Below are positions 34,066-45,426 of a DNA stretch of 64,000 nucleotides, one piece after another (position 1 is the first letter of the stretch; each line of letters starts with the position of its first letter). The stretch spans positions 128,001 to 192,000 of the forward strand of contig CAWDOY010000014.1 of NCBI GenBank assembly GCA_963803975.1, written 5' to 3'. The position numbers and the translations under genes are program-made. The stretch is from an uncultured delta proteobacterium. GTDB lineage: Bacteria; Desulfobacterota; WTBG01; CAIYCZ01. Under the pieces are notes generated by a model, which saw only the letters and a list, made by a program, of their open reading frames with translations, did not search any database and had not been told where the DNA came from.

Positions 34066-34458
34066 CTGCAGATGAAAAGAAAATCGAGCTTGCAAAATAT
34101 AGAATCAAACAGGCTGAAGAAAGTCTTGAGGAAGCACGGTTTCTTTTGTCCGGGAGAAAAGTACCCGTTCTATAATTAATCGGGCTTATTATGCCAGTTC
34201 TATTCAGTATTGGCGCTGCTGGTACATGAAAGTTACTCGTCTTCGAAACATAGTGGAGTTATCAGTTATTTTAATAAGCGTTTTATAAAAGAGGGCGTCT
34301 TCCCGGAAGGTCTCGGCAGAGCAATAAATAAGGCATTTGAACTGAGGCAGCGTGGAGATTACCGCGAATACTGTGATCTCAGCTATGACCAGGTAACGCC
34401 AATAATCGAAGAGGCAGAACTTTTCATAACAGCAGTAAAAAGGCATTTGAGTTTATAA
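34062..34458 (+). pseudogene. HEPN-domain protein of an MNT-HEPN pair, two apparent 1-nt deletions
   Basis: Reconstructs to ..YRIKQAEESLEEARFLL..INRAYYA(M)FYSVLALL..KHSGVISYF..FELRQRGDY; frame breaks near 34157-34160 and 34196. Confidence 0.75.
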
Positions 34459-34565
34459 TCAACTGAAATGCCTTTTCTGCAACATGTCCTTCTATAATTC
34501 CCCGTGAGTTTTGCATAAAAGCATGCCCCTGTCAGGTTTCTCCCAAAGAGGAGGCTGATCGAACC

Positions 34566-35885
34566 ATGACCGAAGAATCTTATCTTGAGCGAACCAACCT
34601 TTTGTTTGACCGGGCAGTACAGATCATAAACTGCTCCCGCGGCGCAAAAGACCAGCTGAAAGCCGGCATCGTTGACATGCTCAGAAGGCCCCAGCGCATC
34701 CATCACGCGCGCTTCCCGGTTAAGATGGACAATGATGAAGTGCGGATGTTTGAAGGCTGGCGAGTGCAGCACTCTCTTGACAAAGCGCCTACCAAAGGCG
34801 GTCTCAGGCTCTCTCCAGATGTCAGCCTTGAAGAGCTCTCAGCCCTGGCCTTCTGGATGACCTGGAAGAATGTCATAGCCGCCACGCCGTTTACCGGCGC
34901 CAAGGGGGGCGTGGTCTGCGACACCAAAAGTCTGAGCGAGGTGGAAATAGCGCGCATCATACGCCGGTTTGCCTACGAGATGAGCCACGTGTTCGGCCCC
35001 TTAAGCGACGTGCCATCCCCCGACATGTACACGGGCCCCCGGGAGATGGCGTGGATCTATGATACCTTCACCATGATGAACGCCAGAAATCCGGTGGCGA
35101 ATCCCCAGGCCGTGGTCACCGGAAAGCCGGCAGCCTTCGGCGGCATAGAATTGCGAAAAGAGGCTACAGCCTTGGGCGGTGTCTATGTGCTTGAAGAAGC
35201 TTTTCGCCGGGGCGATATAAAGGCAGCCGGCGGGCTGTCCGGGAAAACCGTGGCGGTGCAGGGGTTCGGTAAAGTCGGTGCTGCTGCGGCGCGGCTCTTC
35301 CATGAACGGGGAGCCCGCATTGTGGCGGTGTCTGATTCAAAAGGCGGCATCTACTGCCCGGAAGGGCTTGATCCGGCAGACGTATTAAATTATAAGCGCG
35401 CGTCGAAAGAAAAATCTATCACCAGCTACCGGGGCTTACCGGTCCTGGAGCGCGACGCCATTCAGACCGTGGCCTGTGATATTTTTGTTCCCGCAGCGGG
35501 CCAGGATTCACTCACCGCGCACTATGCCCGGCAGCTGCAGGCTTCAATAGTGCTTGAGCTTGCCAATGGTCCTGCGACCCTGCAGGCGGACGAAGTGCTT
35601 GCTGCAAAGGGGGTCTTTGTGATCCCTGATTTTGTGGCTAATGCCGGAGGGGTTGTCGCCTCCTACTACGAGTGGCAGGCAAACCTGCGCTATGACCGGC
35701 AGACAGGAACTGAAACCTACCGCGGCCGGCTGCAGGAGCAGATGACCCAGACCTATGAGCGCGCCCGCGCAACACAGCTTGATTATTCAAAACGCTGCCG
35801 CGCCATCAGCCTGCGCGAGGCAGGCCTCATCTACGGTATAGAAGAGCTGCACGACCACATCCGGGAGCGGGGCATCTTTCCGTAA
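34566..35885 (+). CDS. Glu/Leu/Phe/Val dehydrogenase
   Basis: KGGLR, MTWK, GAKGG, QGFGKVG, ELANGP, PDFVANAGGV. Confidence 0.9.
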   Translation: MTEESYLERTNLLFDRAVQIINCSRGAKDQLKAGIVDMLRRPQRIHHARFPVKMDNDEVRMFEGWRVQHSLDKAPTKGGLRLSPDVSLEELSALAFWMTWKNVIAATPFTGAKGGVVCDTKSLSEVEIARIIRRFAYEMSHVFGPLSDVPSPDMYTGPREMAWIYDTFTMMNARNPVANPQAVVTGKPAAFGGIELRKEATALGGVYVLEEAFRRGDIKAAGGLSGKTVAVQGFGKVGAAAARLFHERGARIVAVSDSKGGIYCPEGLDPADVLNYKRASKEKSITSYRGLPVLERDAIQTVACDIFVPAAGQDSLTAHYARQLQASIVLELANGPATLQADEVLAAKGVFVIPDFVANAGGVVASYYEWQANLRYDRQTGTETYRGRLQEQMTQTYERARATQLDYSKRCRAISLREAGLIYGIEELHDHIRERGIFP

Positions 35886-35925
35886 AGAGCTGTCAGCTAT
35901 CAGCGGTCAGCTTTCAGCCCTTTAT

Positions 35926-38152
35926 TTATTTTATTGGCATTGTCTTGCCGCTGCTCCGTGTAATGCGCAACGTATTGCCGATAACCGTGAGACTGCTGGC
36001 AAACATGGCCGTGACCGCGATCAGGGGATTGATGAGGCCTGACATGGCCAGGGGAATGGCCAGACCATTGTATATGAAGGCAAGAAACAGGTTCTGCCGG
36101 ATGGCCTTCAATGCCTGGCAGGAGAGGTCTATAACATCCAGAACGCACAGCGGGTCGCTGGAGAGAAGGTGAATGTCGGCTGAGCCGAGGGCAAAGTTTG
36201 TTCCGGTCAGAAGTGCTATTCCCACATCGGCCTGCGCAAGAGCTGCCGCGTCATTTACCCCGTCGCCGACCATGGCAACCCGCCTACCCTGCTGCTGAAT
36301 GCTTTTTATAATCTCTCCCTTGTGCTGCGGAAGCGCCTGCCCCTGAAACCGGGCAATGCCCGCCTGTTCTGCCACTGCCCGGGTTGTGTCAGGAGAATCA
36401 CCGGAAACCAGCCAGAGATCTATACCACGCGCCTGAAGTTTTTTAACTGCTTCCACGGTGGACGGCTTCAGGGCATCCCCCAGCACAAAAAAGCCCGAAC
36501 CGTTGGTCCCCATCCCAAGGAAGATTACGGTTTCCCCCTGCTGCTCATACCGATTCGCCGCATCAAGCAGCGCTGGCGTGCAAGATGCTCCGCGAGCCTC
36601 CATCAGCTTTCTGTTGCCGATCATTATTTCTCTGTCCGTTCACCATTGCCGTAACCCCCAGACCCGGAAGCTCTGCAAAATTTTCTACTTCTGCAAACAT
36701 CAACCCGGCATTGCGCGCCTGGCGCACTAGTTCCCGCGCCGCGAAGTGGGCGGAGCGTGCTTCTACCGAGGCGGCAAGCTGGAGCGCTTCTTTTTCCGGC
36801 AAGCCTTCTGTAACTATCTTCCGCAGGGAGAAAACACCTTCGGTAATGGTTCCGGTTTTGTCTAAAACCATGGTTTCAAGCGACGCGGCCTGTTCCAGCA
36901 CGGCCGGGTCCTGGATGATTATCCCCTGCTCATGCGCTCTGCGGATAAACGCCACCTTTGCCAGGGGTATGGCAATGCCAAGGGTGCAGGGGCAGGTTAT
37001 AACCATTACAGAAAGAGCCCTGAGCATGGCAGTGTCAAATGCCGCACCGCTATACAGGAGACAGCCCGCGGTAATTACTGACAGGCCGAGTATTGCCGGC
37101 ACCAGCCAGCGCATAAGCCGGTCTGCGGTCTTCTCGGCGGGGATTTTTTTAGCAAGCGCCTCCTGCATGAATGCTATGGTTTTGCCGAGAGCGCTTTCCC
37201 CGGCAGTGCGGACTGCTGAAAGGGTGAGCTCTCCGTCAAGCAGCATGCTCCCGCCCAGCACCTCGTCCCCTGCGCTCTTCTTTACCGGGCGGGATTCACC
37301 GGTAAGAATCGATGCGTCAATGAATGCGCTGCCTGAGATAACACGGCCGTCAAGCGGGCACCGTTCGCTGTTCAGCACTGAAAATTCATCTCCCGGCTGC
37401 ACTGTTTCCGCCGCTACCCAGCGCTCAGCCCCGCCCGCGCCCAGGCGGACCTTGCGGCCTGCATAGCTGTACAGCTCAAGTATTCCGGCTGAAACATTGT
37501 GCCGGGCCCGGGCCTCAATGTATTTCCCCAGAAGCACCAGGCTGACCAGCATGGAGGCGGTATCAAAATAGAGATGGATGCTGCCCCGTGCCATTTGTAT
37601 GACGCTGTAGCCGTATGCTGACAGGGCGCCGATGGCAATGAGGGTATCCATTGAGGTTTGCAGATGGCGCAGCCCGGCAAACGCCCGCTTAAGAATTGGA
37701 TAGCCGCAGTAAAAGATAACCGGCGTTGCGAGTATCCACTGGGGGAACGATAGGTACCAGATGGCGCTGCCGGAGAGCTCCTGAAAAAATCCCCAGTAGA
37801 GCGCGTGGGAGACCATCATCACGTTTGCGCTGAGCAGGATGGAGATGCCGAGGCGCAGCAGGAGGCTTCTTTTTTCAGCATCATGCTCTGCATGCTCCTG
37901 GAACTGAGAAGGCCGGTACCCGAGCTCGGTAATCTTTCCCAGTATCTCCTGCGGGGTTATAAGGTGCGGCAGGTATTTGACCTGCACCATGTCGGTGAGG
38001 AAGTGGGTCTTTGCTTCTTTTATTCCCCTTGTTTTACCCAGCATGGTGTCGATCACGGCTGCACACCTGGTGCAGGACATGCCGTCAACCCTGAGAATCA
38101 GCTCAAGGGCGGAAATAGCGCTGTCCATGGTGTTCTCAGGTGGTGAGTTCAT
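35926..38152 (-). CDS. Heavy-metal P1B-type ATPase (CopA/FixI-like), apparent frameshift near 36627
   Basis: HMA GMSCTRC, TGES, CPC, DKTGT and GDGVNDA motifs split over two frames by one extra base. Confidence 0.88.
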
Positions 38153-38308
38153 AAGTGATTATGGGGAATGCGTTTTAGAGCAGTACCCTTCTCATAGCTA
38201 TGCATTACATAATTAAACCGCTGTTTTCAAGTCTATTCAGGGAATTTAACTTGAATGTACCAGTCTTTTTAAATAAGATTCAACCAGCTTAATTTTAAAC
38301 AGGAGGAA

Positions 38309-39085
38309 ATGAGGAAGATGACGGGCGGGTTCGATTTTCTTCTCGTGGGACTTGCGGCAGTAGCCGGCGGGGCGGTTAACGCGCTGGCCGGCGGCGGCAC
38401 GCTCATCACCTTTCCCCTGCTCACCGCAGTGGGCATCCCGGCGGTAGCTGCCAACGTGACCAATACCGTGGCCCTGTGTCCCGGCTACCTCGGGGCGACT
38501 ATTGCTCAGATGAAAGACCTGCGCGGGCAGGGGCACCGGCTGCTGCTTCTTATTCCCGCGAGCGTGCTGGGCGGAATCATGGGCGGTGTCCTGCTTCTGA
38601 AAACAGGCGAGCACCTGTTTCGCGCGCTGGTGCCGTTTCTGATTCTTTTCGCCACCGGCCTGATAGCTTTTCAGGACCCTCTGCGTAAACGGATTATGCG
38701 TCGCGTCGGGCAGACGACAGAGCCGGCAACTGCACACGGGGCATGGATAGTGCTGCCGGTTGTTCCGGCTGCTATGTACGGCGGATATTTCGGTGCAGGG
38801 GTAAGCGTCATGGTGCTGGCCGTGCTTGGCCTGGTGCTAGATGACACGCTGGCACGGCTTAACGCGCTCAAGCAGGCTGTGGCGTTCAGCATCAACATTG
38901 CAGCAGCCATCTTCTTCCTTTTTTCGGGACAGGTCGTTTGGGCGGCAGCCGCGGTGATGGCTGTGGGAGCAATGATAGGCGGCGCCCTGGGAGGTAGATT
39001 AGCGGGGAAAATCTCATCAAGGCTGCTGCGCAGGATCGTTGTCACCATTGGTGTCGTGGTATCCCTGATATACTTTCTGCGTTAA
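38309..39085 (+). CDS. TauE/SafE (TSUP) family membrane protein
   Basis: [21 protein letters not shown] motifs. Confidence 0.9.
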   Translation: MRKMTGGFDFLLVGLAAVAGGAVNALAGGGTLITFPLLTAVGIPAVAANVTNTVALCPGYLGATIAQMKDLRGQGHRLLLLIPASVLGGIMGGVLLLKTGEHLFRALVPFLILFATGLIAFQDPLRKRIMRRVGQTTEPATAHGAWIVLPVVPAAMYGGYFGAGVSVMVLAVLGLVLDDTLARLNALKQAVAFSINIAAAIFFLFSGQVVWAAAAVMAVGAMIGGALGGRLAGKISSRLLRRIVVTIGVVVSLIYFLR

Positions 39086-39275
39086 CAGGCGGTGACCCAT
39101 CTTTCGCATTGCTACGGAGGGTGATAAAACAACTTTTTCAAAAAAAAGGGAGGCAGCAAGCCCCCCCTTGCTATTTTTTAGCCCTTGCCGAGTAAGTGAC
39201 TATACGTGAAGCAGTCTTTTTCTGCAGCCGGTTTGCAGTAATATACAGATTAAATTTTATTCCGCAGTTCGCGCT

Positions 39276-40193
39276 TTATTTCTGTCCGGTCTCAATCGGC
39301 AGATCGGCAATGCTTGACCATTCATTAAAGCCGCCGTCATAATTTCTTACCTTGAAGCAGCTCAGCATATATTTGAGAACAAAATAGGTATGAGCAGACA
39401 TCTGCCCCTGACCGCAGTAAACAATTATGTTCTTATCAGGGGTGACGCCTATTTTTTCATAGGCCTGCTTCAGCTCTTCCTTGCTCTTCAGCGTGCCGTC
39501 GGCCTTTAAATCATCGCCCCAGAAATGATGCACGGCGCCTTTGATATGGCCTTTGCGTTTCCAGAACCCCTTTTCGCCGGTATACATTTCAAGCGGCCGC
39601 ACATCAACTATAACCGCTGTTTTTTCTTCTGAAGCTCTCTTGACCGCGCGCAGCGGCGCCCGCCACTGTTCATGGAGATTAAAAATGGTGTACGTAGACT
39701 GCCGGGCCTTTGGGTAATCCTGGGTAACCGGGCGCTTTTCCTGCTGCCATTTACTAAAGCCGCCGTCAAGCATGCCGCTGAAGTTCTGCCCAAGGTAATC
39801 AAGCGCCCAGATAAGATAGGCGGCTTTTTCATCGCTTCGGTCGCTGTACACAACAACCTTCGCCATTCGGCTGACGCCCATTTTCCCCAGCATTATTTCA
39901 AGAGCCTCCGGGGGCATGAGCTTTACGGGAACTCCGCGGCTGCTTAACCGCAAAGCCTCAGGATTTAAATAGATAGCGCCGGGTATGTGCCCCTGCCAGT
40001 AGTCGGTTACCTTGTCCCGGATATCAATGATCCGGATATCAAATCGTTTCATGTTCGCGCTCAGCCACTCGGTGGTTATTACGTGAGGATGCGTTTCCTC
40101 GGCAATAACGCTCCCCACGAAAGACAGGGTAAAAATTAAAAACAGTGCAGCAACAACGAGGTGGTTCCGGTTTACCGTTCTGGTGTTTCTCAT
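39276..40193 (-). CDS. Exported tandem-rhodanese sulfurtransferase
   Basis: GGAGG RBS; signal peptide; GHIPGA, LDGG, active-site YCGQG, YDGGFNEW. Confidence 0.88.
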   Translation of the reverse strand: MRNTRTVNRNHLVVAALFLIFTLSFVGSVIAEETHPHVITTEWLSANMKRFDIRIIDIRDKVTDYWQGHIPGAIYLNPEALRLSSRGVPVKLMPPEALEIMLGKMGVSRMAKVVVYSDRSDEKAAYLIWALDYLGQNFSGMLDGGFSKWQQEKRPVTQDYPKARQSTYTIFNLHEQWRAPLRAVKRASEEKTAVIVDVRPLEMYTGEKGFWKRKGHIKGAVHHFWGDDLKADGTLKSKEELKQAYEKIGVTPDKNIIVYCGQGQMSAHTYFVLKYMLSCFKVRNYDGGFNEWSSIADLPIETGQK

Positions 40194-40421
40194 GCATTCC
40201 TCCTGGTTAGATTTCATCGTTGAATTTCAAGCATCCGGTTAATTACGTTATTATGTAATCTCTAATTCAAACAAGAGTCAAATATATTCTTACCTACTGC
40301 GCGGGACCTGTAAAGCTTTTTTATCAGACCCCCGGCAGCGGCAGGACGGACTATCGAGGGAACTTGTGGACACTTCCCTCAGTTTAATCAGGCAGGACCA
40401 AGAGCCTGCGGGCAGATTGTC

Positions 40422-40901
40422 TTATGCGCCTTTTCCAAGCGAGCGGATATAATTAATAATGAGCCAGCGGTCAGCTTCTGCAACCGTGTAGGCAAGCGGC
40501 GGGTGCCTGCGGAAACCAAGGCTTATTTTATAAAACAGCTCTCCATCCTTCTGCCCCTGCACATAGGGGCTGGCAAGGTTTGCGGGCAGCGGATAGAAGC
40601 TTTGCCCTACCGTCCCGTTGCCGTCAGCTTTTGTTCCGTGGCACATACCACAGTAATAGCCGTAGCGCGTTTTGCCCGCAGCAATTGTTTCACGGTTTAA
40701 GGCAACGGGATTGCGCAGCTGCGATGGCGCTGATTCGCGCAGGGCCTGAATGCCGTTTTTTATTGGAACCGTATTGGCGGGCATTTCGGGTAATTTAACT
40801 TCATACGGACGCAGCGACTCCTGATCACTCATGCGGGCATAGTCACAGCCGGTGATGAGCAACAAGGCTATTGCCGCGATAACAGCGCAACTTTTATGCA
40901 T
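40422..40901 (-). CDS. Monoheme cytochrome c lipoprotein (ActE-like)
   Basis: Lipobox ITGC; CGMCH heme-binding motif; DGELFYKIS. Confidence 0.8.
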   Translation of the reverse strand: MHKSCAVIAAIALLLITGCDYARMSDQESLRPYEVKLPEMPANTVPIKNGIQALRESAPSQLRNPVALNRETIAAGKTRYGYYCGMCHGTKADGNGTVGQSFYPLPANLASPYVQGQKDGELFYKISLGFRRHPPLAYTVAEADRWLIINYIRSLGKGA

Positions 40902-40987
40902 AGGTATTGAGCGGTTAACTATAATATTGTGATGCCTTAATTGCACCTGATTGATCAACGCCACATTTCCTTAAGAATTTAATTTCG

Positions 40988-42464
40988 CTATTGTTTTGTA
41001 GCCCACTCCGTTCCCTGCGGGGTGTCCTTCAATATAATCCCCTTCTCCTCCAGCTGCTTGCGGATCTCATCAGCTTTTTTAAAGTCCTTGGATTTTCTCG
41101 CCAGCTCCCGGTCTTTGATCAGCTGTTCTATTTCCTCTGGCGAGATTGCTGCGGCAGCAAGCCCTTTTTCTTTCTGTTTCTGAAAATATGCCTGGGCTGA
41201 TTCCTGGAACAGGCCAAAGACGCTGCCGACCATTTTGAACTGTTCCTTTGCCAGCTGGAATGTGCCCTCGGCAATCTGAAAGGTGGGGAATTTCTTTTTC
41301 TGGTCAATGATGGAGTTGAGGCTTCTGGTCAGGGTATAAAGATGCCCCAGGGCCGCGGCGGTGTTAAAATCATCATCCATTGCTTCAATGAATTTTCCCT
41401 GAAATTCCTGCAGCTCTTTGACCAGCCGTTTTTCTCCAAGGCTCTGGGCAGCAGCGCCTTTATCCAGGGACTGTAATTTCACCCAGGTCCCTGAGTACTG
41501 CATAAAACCGGTCAAGGCCAACCTTGGCCTCTGTCAGGTTCTGCTCGGAATAATCAACCGGACTCCGGTAGTGATTAGAGAGCAGGAACAGGCGCAGCAC
41601 CTCCGGATGGTAGGTCTCAAGTATCTCGCGGATGCTGAAAAAATTCTTCAAAGACTTTGACATCTTCTGCTGGTTGATGTTCACGAACCCGTTATGAATC
41701 CAGTACCGGGCAAAGGGCGCGCCGGTTGCGCACTCAGCCTGGGCAATTTCGTTCTCATGGTGCGGGAAGATGAGGTCCATGCCGCCGCCGTGGATGTCAA
41801 AGGTTGTGCCCAGATATTTCTGGCTCATGGCAGAACATTCGATGTGCCACCCGGGCCGCCCTTTGCCCCACGGGCATTCCCAGAACGGCTCGCCTTCTTT
41901 GCTCTTCTTCCACAGGGCAAAATCAAGGGGGCTCTGCTTCCGCTCATCTACCTCCACGCGGGCTCCTGAATTGAGCTCTTCTATGTTTTTTCCTGAGAGC
42001 CTGCCGTATTCAGAAAAGCTGCCCACGCTAAAATAGACATCCCCCTCAACTTCGTAGGCAAATCCCTTTTCTATAAGGGCCTCAACCATCGCTATCATTT
42101 CAGGAATATGGTCGGTAGCCCGGGGAGAAACCGAAGGCTTCTCCAGGCCGAGCATATCCATGTCATGGTCAAACTCTTTTATGTAGCGATCAGAGATGTC
42201 CTTATAGGTAACGCCCTCTTCCTGCGCCCGCTTGATTATCTTGTCATCAATATCAGTATAGTTGCGCACAAAGGTGACTTTATATCCGCGGTATTGCAGG
42301 TAGCGGTATATGACGTCAAAGACAATCAGGGCGCGGGCATGGCCGATATGAGATAGATCATATACTGTCACGCCGCAGGCATACAAGCCGACGGAGCCCT
42401 CCCTGAGAGGTACAAACTCCTCTTTCTTTTTCTTCATGGTGTTGTAAATCTGAATCGTCATCAA
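40988..42464 (-). CDS. cysS: Cysteine--tRNA ligase, apparent frameshift near 41483
   Basis: CGVTVYD..HIGH, PGWHIEC, KMSKS; anticodon-binding domain in the second frame. Confidence 0.95.
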
Positions 42465-42669
42465 CGGATCCTTTCAATCTGGCAGGGTTTTCTGGTACCG
42501 CTTATTTTTAGCAGATAACCACCGCATTGCAAAATGGTTTTTGTGCGATGCCTGAGAAAGGCAAAAGGCAGAAGTAATGGTGACCTCTGCCTTCGAAACG
42601 GTCTGCCGCCCAAAGGCAGCAACAGCGTATGCAGTGTTTTATACCTTCCTGCCGGTAAAATAATGGCGG

Positions 42670-43635
42670 CTATCTGTCCGGGGGTTTTACGCTTTTCAAT
42701 GCAAGGTACGCAGCGCCATAAATCCCTGCCTCATTACCAAGCTGTGACGCCGTGATCTTTATTTTACTCTGAGATATAGCATATACCTGGCGCGCAACCT
42801 CTTCCAGCAAAAAAGACCTGAAAACTTCTAAAGCATTACTTGCGGCACCGCCAATGATGAAGTTGTGGATGTCTAACAGGTTATTCACATTGCTGATGCC
42901 AATGGCCAGATAGCGAGCCATTTGCTTAAAAATATCTATGGAAATGGCGTCGCCCTGAAGCGCCGCCTGATGCACCATCTCCGCATCAATAGTAGAAAAA
43001 TCTCCCCTTGATAAATTCTTTAAACTCGAACACGCGCCGGACTGCACCGCATCCTGTGCCATCCGTTTTATTGCTGTGGCAGAGCTATAGGCCTCAAGAC
43101 AGCCGCGTTTGCCGCAGGCACAGAGTATTCCATCCGTCGCAACCACCATGTGCCCGATTTCACCGGCCTTGCCGTTCTCACCGGCCCAGAGGTCTCCATG
43201 TAAAATAAACCCGCCGCCGATTCCCGTGCCCAGGGTGATGAGAAGAAAATTATCAAGCTCTCTGCCGGCACCTGCCCACTTCTCGCCCAGTGCTGCGGCA
43301 TTGGCATCATTCTCCAGAAAAACCGGCAGCTGCAGCGCTTCGTTCAGCAGTTTTTTTAAAGGAGCCTGCTCTAATGGCTTAATGTTAGGGGACTGGAGCA
43401 ATACTTCTTTTGGGGGATCAAGGACGCCGGCAACACCAATGCCAACAGATAACACCTGCCCTTTTGCAGTGTGGAGGGATTTTATAAGTGCTATCAGGTT
43501 TTGCAGGACAGCGTCTCTGCCTCTATCAACCCGGGTCTCTTCGGAGCGCTTCTCTACCAGTGCTCCATCGCTGCCAAACAGGGCACCCTTGATCATGGTG
43601 CCGCCGATGTCGATGCCGATTACATAGTCTTGCAT
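42670..43635 (-). CDS. ROK family sugar kinase (glucokinase-like)
   Basis: GIDIGGT, ENDANAAALGE, GEIGH..CACGKRGCLE. Confidence 0.9.
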   Translation of the reverse strand: MQDYVIGIDIGGTMIKGALFGSDGALVEKRSEETRVDRGRDAVLQNLIALIKSLHTAKGQVLSVGIGVAGVLDPPKEVLLQSPNIKPLEQAPLKKLLNEALQLPVFLENDANAAALGEKWAGAGRELDNFLLITLGTGIGGGFILHGDLWAGENGKAGEIGHMVVATDGILCACGKRGCLEAYSSATAIKRMAQDAVQSGACSSLKNLSRGDFSTIDAEMVHQAALQGDAISIDIFKQMARYLAIGISNVNNLLDIHNFIIGGAASNALEVFRSFLLEEVARQVYAISQSKIKITASQLGNEAGIYGAAYLALKSVKPPDR

Positions 43636-44216
43636 GATAACCCGTTAATAGGTGAAAACGCAGATGCAAGCAGATTATCAGGATTGCAGAAAGCTTGCAA
43701 GTGTTGAAACTTATTTAAATTTCACGCTTCTCTTTTCGAATCTTTTTTAAACCAGAGAAAGCCCGCCTTCTGAATGGTTCTATTAGCTGCAGCGGCTTAT
43801 GTTAGAGGACAGAAATAAAAAACAGTTCCTGCCGTTCTCTTTTTACACCAGCTCACCAATTATAACTTCTCATAATTCAAAGCGTTTTACTCTTCTGGCA
43901 AATTGCCAACAATGTTGACAACCGCCCGTGGCTTCGGTATTGTTCTTGTATTATATTGATTATATTATAAAGCGCACGCGTGTAAAACGGACTTTTTGCC
44001 CAATGACCGCTTGAATGTATAATGGTTGGAATGCACCATAGAAGAGGGTAACTGCGCCCAATAGCGACTATTTTTCGAGCGCTGGCGGCTCTTTAACGTC
44101 AACCCAATACCTGGCCGTGATTTTGTTGCTTCTTGACAACAACCTGCAAATTATTTGTCAAATTGACAAAATTCCCGTTTTAGCGCTCTAAATTTTTAAA
44201 CTAACAGCACGCTTTT

Positions 44217-45383
44217 ATGGGCATCTTTCACCAGGAGCTAAGCCAGCTTGAGGAGGCGGGACTTTACCGGAAACTAAAAGAGCTGCGTTCTCAAACAGGG
44301 CCAACGGTTATAGTTGACGGTAAAGAGCTGCTCATGCTGTCCTCAAATGACTATCTGGGTTACTGTTCACACCCTGCCATAAAACAGGCAGCACAGAAGG
44401 CGCTGCATACCTGGGGCGCGGGGTCTGGCGCCTCCCGGCTCATCAGCGGAAACACAGCAATCTTCCGGGACCTTGAAAAAAAGATTGCCCGGCTGAAGGG
44501 CACTGAAGATGCTCTTGTCTTCAGTACCGGTTACATGGCAAATATGGGCCTTCTGACCGCAGTGGCAGAAAAAGGCGATGTGATCTACAGCGATGCGCTG
44601 AACCACGCAAGCATTATAGATGGCTGCCGGCTCAGCCGTGCGCAGGTAGAAATATTCCCTCATCGAGATACTAACGTCCTCGAAACTCTGCTTGAAAAGG
44701 GGAAGCAATTCAGAAGACGCTTCATTATAACGGATGGCGTTTTCAGCATGGATGGCGATCTTGCTCCTCTTCCCCGCCTGGCAGAGCTTGCCACGGCCTA
44801 TTCCGCGCAACTCATAGTGGATGATGCCCACGGGACCGGAGTCCTTGGCAGCCATGGAGGGGGTACTGCTCAGCATTTTGGACTGGAGGGGCAGGTTGAT
44901 ATTATAATGGGAACCATGGGAAAAGCGCTTGGATGCTTTGGCGCCTTCGTAGCCGGCAGCAGTGAACTGAGAGAATATCTCATCAACCGGGCGCGAACTT
45001 TTATCTTTACCACCGCCCTTCCGCCAGCGGTGATAGCAAGCGCGCTTGAAGCAATAGACCTGATTGAAAGAGAGCCCCTGAAAAGGCAGGCGCTGTGGGA
45101 CAATGTCCTTTTTTTCAGAACGGGCTTAAACGATCTGGGCTTTAACACCCTTGAAAGCACGACGCATATCATCCCCATTTTAGTTGGTGATGCTCATACA
45201 GCGGTACGCCTCGCAAACGATCTCATGGAGGAGGGGCTGTTTATTCAGGCAATCCGCCCCCCCACGGTTCCTGAAGGAGCGTCACGCTTAAGGACTACGC
45301 TGATGGCAACGCATACAAAACAGGACCTTTCCCGGGCGCTTGCGGTTCTGGAGAAAGCAGGTAAAAAATATAATATACTATAG
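44217..45383 (+). CDS. bioF: 8-amino-7-oxononanoate synthase
   Basis: SNDYLG, NHASIIDG, FSMDGD, DDAHG, TMGKALG. Confidence 0.93.
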   Translation: MGIFHQELSQLEEAGLYRKLKELRSQTGPTVIVDGKELLMLSSNDYLGYCSHPAIKQAAQKALHTWGAGSGASRLISGNTAIFRDLEKKIARLKGTEDALVFSTGYMANMGLLTAVAEKGDVIYSDALNHASIIDGCRLSRAQVEIFPHRDTNVLETLLEKGKQFRRRFIITDGVFSMDGDLAPLPRLAELATAYSAQLIVDDAHGTGVLGSHGGGTAQHFGLEGQVDIIMGTMGKALGCFGAFVAGSSELREYLINRARTFIFTTALPPAVIASALEAIDLIEREPLKRQALWDNVLFFRTGLNDLGFNTLESTTHIIPILVGDAHTAVRLANDLMEEGLFIQAIRPPTVPEGASRLRTTLMATHTKQDLSRALAVLEKAGKKYNIL

Positions 45384-45426
45384 CGGGAGCAAGGTAAAAA
45401 GGTTTCAGAACCGGCAGTTGCTATCA

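Noticed and set aside
40220..40420. Riboswitch or ncRNA upstream of the sulfurtransferase
   Set aside because: Only short hairpins; no recognisable family consensus
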